Shown here: piece by piece, positions 1 through 8,981 of the stretch | Layout of the letters: each line of letters starts with the position of its first letter | Numbering within the stretch: position 1 is the first letter of the stretch | Assembly (NCBI GenBank): GCA_050250895.1 | Contig: JBFWNU010000001.1 | Span: 3,616,149-3,680,148 of the forward strand | DNA from: Vulcanimicrobiota bacterium | Lineage (GTDB): Bacteria > Vulcanimicrobiota > Xenobia > Xenobiales > JADMJV01 | Direction of reading: 5' to 3' | DNA length: 64,000 nucleotides | Notes under the pieces: model-generated | The model's database searches: none | What the model was told of the DNA's origin: nothing | Seen by the model: the letters and a program-made list of their open reading frames with translations, nothing else | Translations under genes and position numbers: made by a program

Positions 1-556
1 CCAGACTGCTCTGGCTACCCCCCGCCTGTAGCGATTGGCCGAAATCGACCAGCCGGGCACGCCCTTCGCCATCGAGCAGGACGTTGACCGGCTTGAGGTC
101 GCAATGAAGCATGCCTTTCTGGTGGATAAAGTTGAGCGCCTCGGCGATCTGATAGAACCAGCTGACCACCAGTTCGGGGGTGCGTTCTTCAGGGTTCTTG
201 TCGCCCAACGACCCACCCGTCAACAGCGGCATGACCAGATAGGCGGGCTCGTGATTGAGGTCGGCGTCGAGCAGGGTCACGATGTTGGGGTGCTCGGCCA
301 CATCGCGCAGTCGCTCGATCTCCTGGCGAAAGTATTCCCAGTCGAGACCGAAAGGGCGGGTGAAGATTTTGACTGCCACCTTCTGTCCGGTGCGCTCCTG
401 GGTGCCCGACCACACTTCGCCAAAGGTACCCGCGCCCATCAAAGCCTCGAGCCGCACCCCGGGGATCTTATAGTCGACATCGCGCGACAGCTCACGCAGC
501 TCGTGCTGCTCGTCGGCAGCTTGAAAGAGAGTGGCGTCGATAGGTTGCTCGGCCAT
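1..556 (-). CDS. Hanks-type Ser/Thr protein kinase (runs off the left edge)
   Basis: Manual translation from ATG at 556: MAEQPIDATLF...MGAGTFGEVW...VAVKIF...HPNIVTLLD...LHCDLKPVNVLLD...LVDFGQS (Gly loop, VAVK, HxDLKPxN, DFG). Not in the ORF track; starts 2 nt after the upstream GspF-like stop. Confidence 0.92.
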   Translation of the reverse strand, partial: MAEQPIDATLFQAADEQHELRELSRDVDYKIPGVRLEALMGAGTFGEVWSGTQERTGQKVAVKIFTRPFGLDWEYFRQEIERLRDVAEHPNIVTLLDADLNHEPAYLVMPLLTGGSLGDKNPEERTPELVVSWFYQIAEALNFIHQKGMLHCDLKPVNVLLDGEGRARLVDFGQSLQAGGSQSSL

Positions 557-558
557 GG

Positions 559-1494
559 CTACAACCAGCGATCCGAGCCGGCGAAGACCACCGGCAGCCA
601 GGCCACCAGCAAGACCAGCAGCACGACGAGCCCGGCTCCGGCCAAAAGGCGAGGCTCGGCCAGGGCCAGTTCGCGCTTGTGCAGATGTTCGAGTTCTTGT
701 TCCATCAACTCGGCGCACTCGAAGAGAGCGATGGGAAGAGCGTCGTGTTGCAGCTTCTGGCGGGAGGCGCCCAATAACAGGGGGTGCAGCCGAGCTTCGG
801 CGAGCAGTCGGCTGAGTTCGCTGCCCTGGCGGGTCTGCTCGGCTAGCCCGCCAAAGAACTCTCTGAGTTCGGGCCCGGCGACTTCGGCCGCCATGGCCAG
901 ACTCTCGGGCAGAGGCTTGCCAGCGGCTAGCAGGGTGGCCACCGTGCGAGCCCACAACACCTGGTCGCCCAGTCGCCGGACCCGGGCCACCGGAGCAGCC
1001 AGCAACCAGCGGGCGGCTACCCAGACCACCGCCAGCAAGGCCAGCAGCAACAGCCGCGAACTGGCCAGCCCGGCCAGGGTCTCCAGCCTGGCTTCGTGGG
1101 CCAGCGGTACGATGGTGGTGGGCACGATGCTGAGCAGCAAGACCGCTCCCAACACGGTCACCGCCCCCAGCAACAGGGTGGGATAGGTCAGGGCGGCCTG
1201 CGTCTTGCAACGCACCTGCTCGACCCCCTCGAGCCAACGGCTGAGCCGGTCGAGTTCCTGGGCGGGTTGGCTCGAGGCCATGGCCGCTTCGACCAGGCCG
1301 CGGTAGGCGGGCGAAAAAAGACGCGGACGCCGGGCCAGGGCCTGGGCCAGGTCGTCTCCCTGCTCGAGGTCCGCGGCCAGCTGACCCAGCCAGCGGGGCC
1401 CGTCGGCGCGCTTGAGCCCCTCGGCCAGAGGAAAGCCCAGGCGCACCAGAGTGGCCAGTTGGCGGGTCACGTCGAGAAGTTCGCTGGTCTTCAT
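559..1494 (-). CDS. Type II secretion system F / PilC family protein (paralogue 3)
   Basis: TRQLATLVRLGFPLAEGL, ALTYP, second repeat ATLLAAGKPLPESL, terminal EP motif; ATG 1494 overlaps the previous stop (ATGA). Confidence 0.85.
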   Translation of the reverse strand: MKTSELLDVTRQLATLVRLGFPLAEGLKRADGPRWLGQLAADLEQGDDLAQALARRPRLFSPAYRGLVEAAMASSQPAQELDRLSRWLEGVEQVRCKTQAALTYPTLLLGAVTVLGAVLLLSIVPTTIVPLAHEARLETLAGLASSRLLLLALLAVVWVAARWLLAAPVARVRRLGDQVLWARTVATLLAAGKPLPESLAMAAEVAGPELREFFGGLAEQTRQGSELSRLLAEARLHPLLLGASRQKLQHDALPIALFECAELMEQELEHLHKRELALAEPRLLAGAGLVVLLVLLVAWLPVVFAGSDRWL

Positions 1495-2456
1495 CCCAGG
1501 TTTCCAATCAGTTGATACAACGGCAAGAACATGCCGATGATGATGAGGCCGGCCAGCAGCCCCAATCCCAGCAGGGCCAGGGGCTCGATGAGGGTGATGC
1601 CGCGCGAGGTGGCATGCTCGAAATCGTGACGCAGAAAGCGCGCCACCCGGTCCAACGACCCCTGCGGCAAGCCCTTGGCCTCGGCCACACCGATCAGCCA
1701 GGCGGTGCCGTCGAGCACCAGACGATTGGGCTCGAGGGCCTGGCTCAAGCTCGCACCCCCGGCCAGCGCTTGGGACAGCTCCTGCAGATGGCTGCGAAAC
1801 AGCGGCGAGCGGCACGGCTCGGCTGCTCGCCGGCACGCCTCGGGCAGAGGCTCACCGTGGGCCAAAAAGAACTCGAGCCAGGACAAGAAGATGATGGTGT
1901 CGCGCCGGCGGAACCACTCGCCGATCAACGGCAGGCGGTGGCGAACACCGTCGCCCACTGTCGACTCGGACAAGAGCAGCCAGGCCCCGGTAAGAAACAA
2001 GACTCCCAACAGGACGACGAGCGGATTGCTCAGAGCTCGATGCAGAAAGAGCAGCAAAATGGTCGGAGCCGGCAGGGTTAGATAGAAGCCTTCCAAGAGG
2101 GGCGACAGCTGGCCACCCAAAACCCGGATCAAGAACACCGCCACCAACACGGCTGCCACCAACACCAACCTGGGATAGACCAGCGAGCTACGCACCGACT
2201 CAGAAACCTGCTCCGTCTGGGCCAGGGTGCGGGCCAGTTGTTCGAGCCCGGCCGGCAGCTCGTCGGTCTGCTCGACCTGCTCGACGGCCCGCACTACCCA
2301 GTCGGGCGCGTGGCCCGCCGCCAGGACCGCGTGCAGGGCCTGTCCGCGGGCAGCCAGTTCGGCCCCCGGGTGATGGAGCGTCTCGAGCGCCTCGGGCAGG
2401 GTTGCGCCCATGCGCAATTGATGGGCAAGACTCATGAGAACCTGACTGTCGGTCAT
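1491..2456 (-). CDS. Type II secretion system F / PilC family protein (paralogue 2)
   Basis: GATLPEALE, SSLVYP, LPAPT, LPLIG and the canonical C-terminus LIEP...IIIGMFLPLYQLIGNLG. Confidence 0.9.
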   Translation of the reverse strand: MTDSQVLMSLAHQLRMGATLPEALETLHHPGAELAARGQALHAVLAAGHAPDWVVRAVEQVEQTDELPAGLEQLARTLAQTEQVSESVRSSLVYPRLVLVAAVLVAVFLIRVLGGQLSPLLEGFYLTLPAPTILLLFLHRALSNPLVVLLGVLFLTGAWLLLSESTVGDGVRHRLPLIGEWFRRRDTIIFLSWLEFFLAHGEPLPEACRRAAEPCRSPLFRSHLQELSQALAGGASLSQALEPNRLVLDGTAWLIGVAEAKGLPQGSLDRVARFLRHDFEHATSRGITLIEPLALLGLGLLAGLIIIGMFLPLYQLIGNLG

Positions 2457-3646
2457 GGCAAGAAGACCTCGCTGGCGGCCAGTTGATAGATGTCTACCAG
2501 CACCCCGAAAGTGGCTACGCCCAGGCTACCGACAGCCAGACCAAAGCAGGCCAAAATGGCCACGCCAGCCCGGACCTGGGCACGATGGCTCTGCAATTCA
2601 TAGGTGGCCCGAAGTTGTTCGGCAGTGACCTCAAGGACCTCGTCGAGATTGCCCAGGCGTTGGCCCTGTTCGATTAGCCAGGCCAACTGCTCGTCCTGTA
2701 ACAGCGGCTCGGTTCGATACAGTTCGGGCAGGTCTTCATACGAACTGCTTTTCCAGCGGGCCCGATGGGTCACCTGGCCGCAGTTCATGGCCAGGGTAGT
2801 GAGCCGCGACCCGCTCAACTGGCTGGCCAGGCCCGCCTGGGCGGCCACCAGACTGCGAAAGAGGCGGCGGTCGCGGGCGGGCCGTCCCCAGCCAGCCAGC
2901 CACGTATTCCACGGTCCGTCTTCGAAGTAGGCGAGAATCAGTATCCCCGCCACGGCGGCCAGAAACAGTCCGACATAGGCTCCCACCCAGCCGAGTTGGT
3001 AATAGTCACTGTGAGCCTGAGCGCCTTCCAACAATTGGGTGAAGGTGGGGGCGATGTAGTTGCGATAGAAGATCATAATTCCCATCATCATGACGAAAAC
3101 CGTGGCCAAGTAGGCGGTGGCTAAAGGCTTGACGCCCAGGTCTTGCGACTCGACCCTGGCCAGGATTCGCAAAGTCGAAACCATTTGCTCGGGCTGGGTT
3201 TCTTCGAGCAATTGGATCCAGATGGAGGGAAAGTAGTTCGTCCGGGCCATCGCACCCACCAACGAGCTGCCGTGGGAAACGCCTTCGGCCAGTCCCTCGA
3301 GGGCCGATGGCAGTCGAGCGTAGGCAGTCTTGAAGTGCGCGCGGCTGTGGGCGTGCAGGTGCTGCAGCGCTTCCGCCAGTGGCACGCCCATCTCGAGCAG
3401 GTCGGCTAGCTCGAGGGCGAAGACAGCCCGATCATCGCGGTCGCTGCGCCCGCGCACTAGTCCATAGCAGAACGGAATCCCGATCAGGCCGTAAAAGATC
3501 CAGTTACGGCGAAAGAAAATGGCCATCTCAGGGCTGTTCTGTTCGGCCCAAAGCCACAGACCCACCAGCAACAGAGTGATGACGGTGGCCGCGAAGGTGA
3601 TCTTGGCGCGGGCTTTGCGAACGCCCGCTGCGCCCAGTTCTTTCAC
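2453..3646 (-). CDS. Type II secretion system F / PilC family protein with extra N-terminal TM helices (paralogue 1)
   Basis: FALELADLLEMGVPLAEAL, GSSLVGAM, IAPTFTQLL, GQRLGNLDEVL; GTG 3646 with AGGAGG RBS and GTGA overlap. Confidence 0.8.
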   Translation of the reverse strand: MKELGAAGVRKARAKITFAATVITLLLVGLWLWAEQNSPEMAIFFRRNWIFYGLIGIPFCYGLVRGRSDRDDRAVFALELADLLEMGVPLAEALQHLHAHSRAHFKTAYARLPSALEGLAEGVSHGSSLVGAMARTNYFPSIWIQLLEETQPEQMVSTLRILARVESQDLGVKPLATAYLATVFVMMMGIMIFYRNYIAPTFTQLLEGAQAHSDYYQLGWVGAYVGLFLAAVAGILILAYFEDGPWNTWLAGWGRPARDRRLFRSLVAAQAGLASQLSGSRLTTLAMNCGQVTHRARWKSSSYEDLPELYRTEPLLQDEQLAWLIEQGQRLGNLDEVLEVTAEQLRATYELQSHRAQVRAGVAILACFGLAVGSLGVATFGVLVDIYQLAASEVFLP

Positions 3647-3987
3647 CGGACCACCTCCTCGAGGCGATGGCGCTCTTTGCCGGCTACCCCCACCGAAACG
3701 ACCTTCCAGCCTCCGCTGGCGGGGCTTGCGGTCAGCTCGAAGTAGCCGCCCTGGAACGAAGGTGAACGCCACTGGTGGGCCGGCCGCAGCTCGCCTCGAC
3801 CGGCCATTCCGCGCGCATAGTCAAGCCCGGCCACCGCCAGCGAATGGGCGCGATGTTGTTGCGAGTCGAGCTTGAGGCGATGGTGGGCGGCCTCGAGCGA
3901 GGCGACCGTGCTCCATTCGAGGATAATCAGGAGTGTCATGATTCCCAGGACAGTGATCAGGGCCAATCCCCGGCGACGGTTTCTCAC
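3643..3987 (-). CDS. PilX/GspK-like minor pilin
   Basis: RRRG|LALITVLGIMTLL prepilin-like N-terminus lacking Glu5, AHSLAVAGLDYA motif; GTG 3987 overlaps the upstream stop. Confidence 0.7.
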   Translation of the reverse strand: MRNRRRGLALITVLGIMTLLIILEWSTVASLEAAHHRLKLDSQQHRAHSLAVAGLDYARGMAGRGELRPAHQWRSPSFQGGYFELTASPASGGWKVVSVGVAGKERHRLEEVVR

Positions 3988-4391
3988 AGGTCGTAGATCC
4001 CCCGATATCTCAAAGTGCGATCGCGCTCTGGAGGGCACGACAAAACGATATTGACCACCAGATGAGGTTGGCGCTGGTGAACCAGAAACGAATCGACCCG
4101 AGCGGTGGTGAGGGAGCGCCCGTCGAGCGTCAGGTTGCCGTCTTGCCAGCGCAGCTTCGAACCGTCGCGAAAATCCAGCCCGGCGTTGTCGGAGGTGATG
4201 GTATAGCCGTCTTTCACCTTGCGCTTGATGTGCTCGAGGGCCTGGCGACTCTCGAGGCGCAGGTCGGCCTCCTGGCGAAAAACCTTGCCTTCGCGCACCA
4301 GCCACATCATCGAGTCGAAGATGGGAAAGGTGATGATGGCCATGATGGCCATCACGATGACCACTTCGATCAGGGTAAAAGCGCGTCTCAT
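3984..4391 (-). CDS. Prepilin-type N-terminal cleavage/methylation domain protein (minor pseudopilin)
   Basis: MRRA|FTLIEVVIVMAIMAII; ATG 4391 overlaps the upstream stop. Confidence 0.88.
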   Translation of the reverse strand: MRRAFTLIEVVIVMAIMAIITFPIFDSMMWLVREGKVFRQEADLRLESRQALEHIKRKVKDGYTITSDNAGLDFRDGSKLRWQDGNLTLDGRSLTTARVDSFLVHQRQPHLVVNIVLSCPPERDRTLRYRGIYDL

Positions 4392-5185
4392 GGCGCCACC
4401 TTCAAGCCGAAGAGTTCCATCTTCAGGCCGTCGCCATAAGCCTCTTCGACGGTGAATCGTTTGACCACGCCGAGGCCCTTGACCGGCTCGAGCCCGGGGC
4501 CGGCGAACTGGCCGCGCACCAGGTTGCGAACCGAGACACCCTGGTAGTCGATGCAAACCACCTTGCCTTCGAGCGAACCGTCCAGCGACAGAAGGTCGTC
4601 TTGCAACCGATACTGCGAGGGGGGGACGAGGCTGAGGCGATCACCCTGGGCCAACCACACGCGTTCGACCCGGGTCACGGCTCCGTTCTCGAGGGCCACC
4701 CGGCCGTTTTGAACACGATGCGCTTCACCCTGGTCGGCCACATAAAAGGCATAATCGACGATGACCTTCTGTCCGGCTAATTTGGGTTCGAGCTGGAGCC
4801 TGCCGCTGTCGACCTTGACCTCGGACGGACCGGCCAGGTCGGCCCCGGCCAACGAGCGCACCTTCAGGCTGGCTGGCTCGAGCGAGCCGTGGGGCAACTG
4901 CACCCAACCATCGTCGCCCACCGTCACCAGCGCCGGTGGCAACTGCTCGAAAGGCAGCGCCCGCAGCGCCTCGAGTTGATTTTCGGCGTTGCGCAGGGCG
5001 AAGCGGTAGTCGGCTTGTCTGAGCAGCCGGGCATGCCCGCGATGAACGCTAAAAGGAACCGAGAACAGGATGGCCATGATGGCAATGCAGATCATCAGTT
5101 CGATCAAAGTGAAGGCGCGTTGGCCAGGCAAGACGGACCCCCAGGAGAAAGTTAGTCTATTCTTTCCGATTTGAGCCCCGCTCAA
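4388..5185 (-). CDS. Prepilin-type N-terminal cleavage/methylation domain protein
   Basis: QRA|FTLIELMICIAIMAILF; the true start may be somewhat downstream of 5185. Confidence 0.85.
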   Translation of the reverse strand: MSGAQIGKNRLTFSWGSVLPGQRAFTLIELMICIAIMAILFSVPFSVHRGHARLLRQADYRFALRNAENQLEALRALPFEQLPPALVTVGDDGWVQLPHGSLEPASLKVRSLAGADLAGPSEVKVDSGRLQLEPKLAGQKVIVDYAFYVADQGEAHRVQNGRVALENGAVTRVERVWLAQGDRLSLVPPSQYRLQDDLLSLDGSLEGKVVCIDYQGVSVRNLVRGQFAGPGLEPVKGLGVVKRFTVEEAYGDGLKMELFGLKVAP

Positions 5186-5257
5186 TCATGAAATTTGCCC
5201 AATGAGCAAGATGGGCGTTTTTAGCATGGTTTCAGGGCTTCGACCTAGGCTGGGGTC

Positions 5258-5650
5258 ATGATTGTCCATGCCTTGCCCAGAACCCATACCGCCGCTCCCC
5301 GACCGTCCGCCCCGCCTGGGGGCGACTCTTGGGGCGACCGCGTCGATATCGGCGGCGGAGCCGCGGCCGGCATCCTGACCCTGGTCATGGCCGGTGGCGC
5401 TCACGCCTTCGCCCATACCATGGGCAGCCCCGGTCTGGCTTTCGGGGCTGACGCTTTCATCGGAGCCAGCACCGGCTTTCAGATGGCCGAACAACTCGGT
5501 AAGTCCAAAACCGCCGGAGCGCTCATCGGCCTCGGAGTGGGAGCGGGCCTGGCTGCCGCCGGTGTTTACGGTGGCTGGCCCGGAGCCTTTGGGGCCGCCG
5601 CTCTGGCGGCCGTAGTCCGAGGGGTGGTCGTGCCGCGCCTGGTCCAGTAG
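5258..5650 (+). CDS. Hypothetical Gly/Ala-rich membrane protein
   Basis: Pro-rich N-terminus followed by about four glycine-zipper-like hydrophobic segments; TAGGCT -10 box 6 nt before the ATG. Confidence 0.65.
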   Translation: MIVHALPRTHTAAPRPSAPPGGDSWGDRVDIGGGAAAGILTLVMAGGAHAFAHTMGSPGLAFGADAFIGASTGFQMAEQLGKSKTAGALIGLGVGAGLAAAGVYGGWPGAFGAAALAAVVRGVVVPRLVQ

Positions 5651-6259
5651 ATGCGGCATGATTGGGAAGAGAACTATCAGGAAGGGGATACCCCCTGGGA
5701 TAGCGGCCAACCCGAGTTGATGCTGGTCGAAGCCGTCGAGGCCGGTCTGCTCCCCCCCGGTCGCGCTCTCGAGTTGGGCTGCGGCACGGGCACGAACGCA
5801 GCCTATCTGGCCGAGGCCGGCTATGAGGTCATCGGAGTCGACCTCTCCGAGACCGCCATCGAAAAGGCGCGAGCCAAAGCCTCGCAGGTTGCCTTCATGG
5901 TGCTCGACATCATGGCCGAGAGCCTGCCCCCGGGCCCGTTCGACCTGGTCTTTGACCGGGGTTGCTTTCACGTTTTCTCAGAGCCGGACAAGCAGGCACG
6001 CTTCGTTGAACGAGTGGCCTCGGTGCTCAGGCCTCACGGTGCCTGGCTGAGCTTGCTCGGCTCGACCGAGGGGGCCCCGCGCGAGCACGGGCCGCCCCGT
6101 CGCAGCGCTCGCGAGATTGTAGCTGCCATCGAGCCCGCTCTCGCGATCGTCAGCTTGCGGGCGGCCGCCTTTCACGACACGCACGGTAACCCACCGGCCT
6201 GGTTCTGCCTGTCGCGGCGCCGTCAACAACCCGCCCAGCCTTCCACGCCGCCGTTCTAG
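5651..6259 (+). CDS. Class I SAM-dependent methyltransferase (TPMT/TehB-like)
   Basis: [29 protein letters not shown] motifs. Confidence 0.9.
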   Translation: MRHDWEENYQEGDTPWDSGQPELMLVEAVEAGLLPPGRALELGCGTGTNAAYLAEAGYEVIGVDLSETAIEKARAKASQVAFMVLDIMAESLPPGPFDLVFDRGCFHVFSEPDKQARFVERVASVLRPHGAWLSLLGSTEGAPREHGPPRRSAREIVAAIEPALAIVSLRAAAFHDTHGNPPAWFCLSRRRQQPAQPSTPPF

Positions 6260-6295
6260 CCAGGACGGCAAGCCACGGCCCACGAACCCACCAGC

Positions 6296-7501
6296 GTGAC
6301 CGTTTCTGACCTGCTCGAGAAGCTGGTGCCCCCCGATGATTTCGATGCTCGACCGGCCGTCGATGCTTTGCTTGGTTTGGCCCAGGCCCAGCGGGCCAGC
6401 GACCTGCATCTGCGCCCCACCCAGGGCAAGGTCGAAGTGTTGATGCGCCTCGACGGCGTGCTCTGCCCGCGCTTCGAGATTCCGATTGAAGCCTACCCGC
6501 GCCTGCTCGTGGGCATCAAGAACGCGGCCCGACTGGCTTCTTACAAAAAGGCCGTGCCGCAGGACGGTCGCCTGACCCACGGCGACGTCGAGATGCGAGT
6601 GGCCACCGTGCCCACGCATTTTGGCGAGAAGGTGGTGGTGCGCCTGGTGGCTGGTGTCGGCCTCATCCCCTCGGTCGCCAGGCTGGGGTTCACCGCTCCC
6701 GAGTTGGCCGCCCTCGAGACCATGGCTTTCCAACCCCAGGGCCTGGTGCTGGCCACGGGCCCGGCCGGAAGCGGCAAGACCACCACCTTGCTCTCGGTGC
6801 TGCGCTGGTTGGTAGACAAGCATCGCCAGCGCTACTCGGCCGCTCTCAACGTGGTCACCCTCGAGGACCCGGTCGAGTGCGTGTTGCCCGAACTGTCCCA
6901 GACGGCCATCCAACCCGAGCTGGGTATGACCTTTGCCAGTGGCCTGCGCTCGCTGCTGCGCCAGGACCCCGAGGTGATCCTGGTGGGAGAAATCCGCGAC
7001 GGCGAGACAGCCGGGGCGGTGACCCAGTGCAGCCTGACCGGCCATCTAGTCTTCTCGACTCTGCACACCCGCGACAGCGTCGGCGTCGTGCCTCGCATGC
7101 TCGAGCTCGGGGTCGAGCCTTACCAGTTGGCGGCCGGGCTGGTGGGCGTGATCTATCAGCGGCTGGTGCGTGTGCTCTGCCCCGACTGCCGCTATCTTGT
7201 CGACCCCGAGGTCCGCCTGGTTAGCGAATGCCGGGCCGCCGGGCTCTCGCTGTCTACGGTCTATGGCCCGGGCGGCTGCCCGGCCTGTAACCAGACCGGC
7301 TATCGTGGTCGCACGGCCGTGCCCGAGTTGCTCTCGGTCGACGACACGTTCCGCCAACTCATCCTCGAGCGGGCCTCGCTACGCTCGCTGCTCGAGCGGG
7401 CGCGCCAGCAGGGCACGGTGCCTCTGCGTCAGGCCGGGCTGGCCCGAGTAGCCTCAGGCGTGACCAGCTATGACGAGCTGTGCCGAGTGGTGCCCGGGTG
7501 A
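6296..7501 (+). CDS. GspE/PilB family secretion ATPase (no N-terminal MshEN domain)
   Basis: ASDLH, PQDGR, Walker A GPAGSGKTTT, TLEDPVE, LRQDPEVILVGEIRD, TGHLVFSTLH, tetracysteine CPDC/CPAC, GYRGRT. Confidence 0.95.
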   Translation: MTVSDLLEKLVPPDDFDARPAVDALLGLAQAQRASDLHLRPTQGKVEVLMRLDGVLCPRFEIPIEAYPRLLVGIKNAARLASYKKAVPQDGRLTHGDVEMRVATVPTHFGEKVVVRLVAGVGLIPSVARLGFTAPELAALETMAFQPQGLVLATGPAGSGKTTTLLSVLRWLVDKHRQRYSAALNVVTLEDPVECVLPELSQTAIQPELGMTFASGLRSLLRQDPEVILVGEIRDGETAGAVTQCSLTGHLVFSTLHTRDSVGVVPRMLELGVEPYQLAAGLVGVIYQRLVRVLCPDCRYLVDPEVRLVSECRAAGLSLSTVYGPGGCPACNQTGYRGRTAVPELLSVDDTFRQLILERASLRSLLERARQQGTVPLRQAGLARVASGVTSYDELCRVVPG

Positions 7502-8330
7502 GCGACGGCTTTGCCGTCGAGAGGGGAGCGACGGCTGCGCCGTCGAGGAAGGAGCCGGGGCCTTCGGCCGGAGATGGGAGCGACGGCTTTGCCGTCGAGA
7601 GGGGAGCGACGGCTGCGCCGTCGAGGAAGGAGCCGGGGCCTTCGGCCGGAGATGGGAGCGACGGCTGCGCCGTCGAGAGAGGAGCGAGGTTCGCTTTGGC
7701 TCACCTCGAGTTCTTGGAGGAGTCGACGCTTCGCGTCGTAATCCAGGCGCAGCTTCGCCGCTGAAGCCTGGGGCCTTCGGCCTGGGGGGAGCGACGGCGG
7801 GCTTTCCGCTAGAGGGGAGCGACGGCTGCGCCGTCGAGGAAGGAGCCTGGGGCAATCGGCCAGGAGATGGGAGCCTCGCGGTGCTCGGAGGGGGGAGCGA
7901 CGGCTGCGCCGTCGAGAGAGGAGCGAGGTTCGCTTTGGCTCACCTCGAGTTCTTGGAGGAGTCGACGCTTCGCGTCGTAATCCAGGCGCGGCTTCGCCGC
8001 TGAAGCCTGGGGCCTTCGGCCTGGGGGGAGCGACGGCTGCGCCGTCGAGGAAGGAGCCTGGGGCATTCGGCCAGGAGATGGGAGCCTCGCGGTGCTCGGA
8101 GGGGGGAGCGACGGCTGCGCCGTCGAGGAAGGAGCCGGGGCCTTCGGCCGGAGAGGGGAGCGACGGCTGCGCCGTCGAGATAGGAGCGAGGTTCGCTTTG
8201 GCTCACCTCGAGTTTTTTGGAGGAGTCGACGCTTCGCGTTCGTAATCCAGGCGCGGCTTCGCCGCAGAAGCCTGGGGCCTTCGGCCTGTGGGAGCCTGCG
8301 GCCGTCGAGGGGGGGCCGGGGCCTTTGGCC
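7500..8330. repeat. REP/BIME-like mosaic array of GC-rich palindromic units
   Basis: About 10 copies of GAGCGACGGCT(GC/TT)GCCGTCGAG (near 7500, 7526, 7578, 7604, 7656, 7817, 7895, 8028, 8106, 8158), repeated GGCCTTCGGCC hairpins, and three copies of an ~100 bp module (about 7682, 7921, 8184). Confidence 0.9.
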
Positions 8331-8374
8331 GTGGACTGGACTGGGGCGGCGTGGTCGAGTAAGCTGAGCCAGGC

Positions 8375-8587
8375 ATGAACGAACGGAAGATTCAACCGAC
8401 AGATCCCCAGCTTGAGGCCGAGCAAGGTCGGGTTGCCCTTTGGCTATCAATCGACGATCTACGCTGGCTGTCGAGACATTGCTGTTGCCCGGCCGAAGCC
8501 TCCGAAGAGGAGAGAGCGCGTTGCGCCCGGCTTCGCTTTCGCGCCGCGGCGGCATTGCACAAGAGCGAAGTTTCTCTTGAGGCCTAA
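8375..8587 (+). CDS. Small hypothetical protein (CCC motif)
   Basis: 70 aa ORF with protein-like composition; TAAGCT -10-like box just upstream. Confidence 0.45.
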   Translation: MNERKIQPTDPQLEAEQGRVALWLSIDDLRWLSRHCCCPAEASEEERARCARLRFRAAAALHKSEVSLEA

Positions 8588-8981
8588 CCGATACCGCGTT
8601 TGGCTAGAAGGCGGGACCGTTCACTACGATGATCGCGTCGATGGCAAACTTGAGATTCCGATGAGCGGGGTGAGACTGGTCGGAGAGTCCACCGATCAGT
8701 CCGGACCCTACGTCGACGATTGGTTTCTCTGCCTGGTCGACCCGGAATGTTGGTATGAGATTTCCTGCTATGCCGATGGCTTCAAAGAGTTTCTTCTCGC
8801 TCTGTCAACCTTTTTAGGCGAGGAGCTTGAACTCAAGCTTTATAACTCGGCCGACTTTAACTCGCGAATCCTCTGGCCAAGTTCGGTTCGTGACGAGCCC
8901 GCTCTTCGAGTATCAGTCTCGGTGGTTGGGCTTGCAGGTCGAGCAGAACTATTCGCCGGTAACTCAGCGAGTGTTCAATGA
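8412..8981 (+). CDS. Hypothetical protein, possibly frameshifted near 8900; true start probably downstream of 8412
   Basis: Central part (GESTDQSGPYVDDWFLCLV...NSRILWP) looks like a globular protein; lower GC than the flanks. Confidence 0.5.
   Translation: MRPSKVGLPFGYQSTIYAGCRDIAVARPKPPKRRERVAPGFAFAPRRHCTRAKFLLRPNRYRVWLEGGTVHYDDRVDGKLEIPMSGVRLVGESTDQSGPYVDDWFLCLVDPECWYEISCYADGFKEFLLALSTFLGEELELKLYNSADFNSRILWPSSVRDEPALRVSVSVVGLAGRAELFAGNSASVQ

Noticed and set aside
35-1186. 383-aa plus-strand ORF
   Set aside because: Antisense shadow of the Ser/Thr kinase and GspF-like genes
7500-8330. CRISPR array
   Set aside because: The intervening sequences are themselves repeated and vary widely in length, and there are no cas genes nearby
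7454-8555. Several overlapping ORFs across the repeat array
   Set aside because: Translations merely mirror the DNA repeats in multiple frames, with no RBS or domain signal
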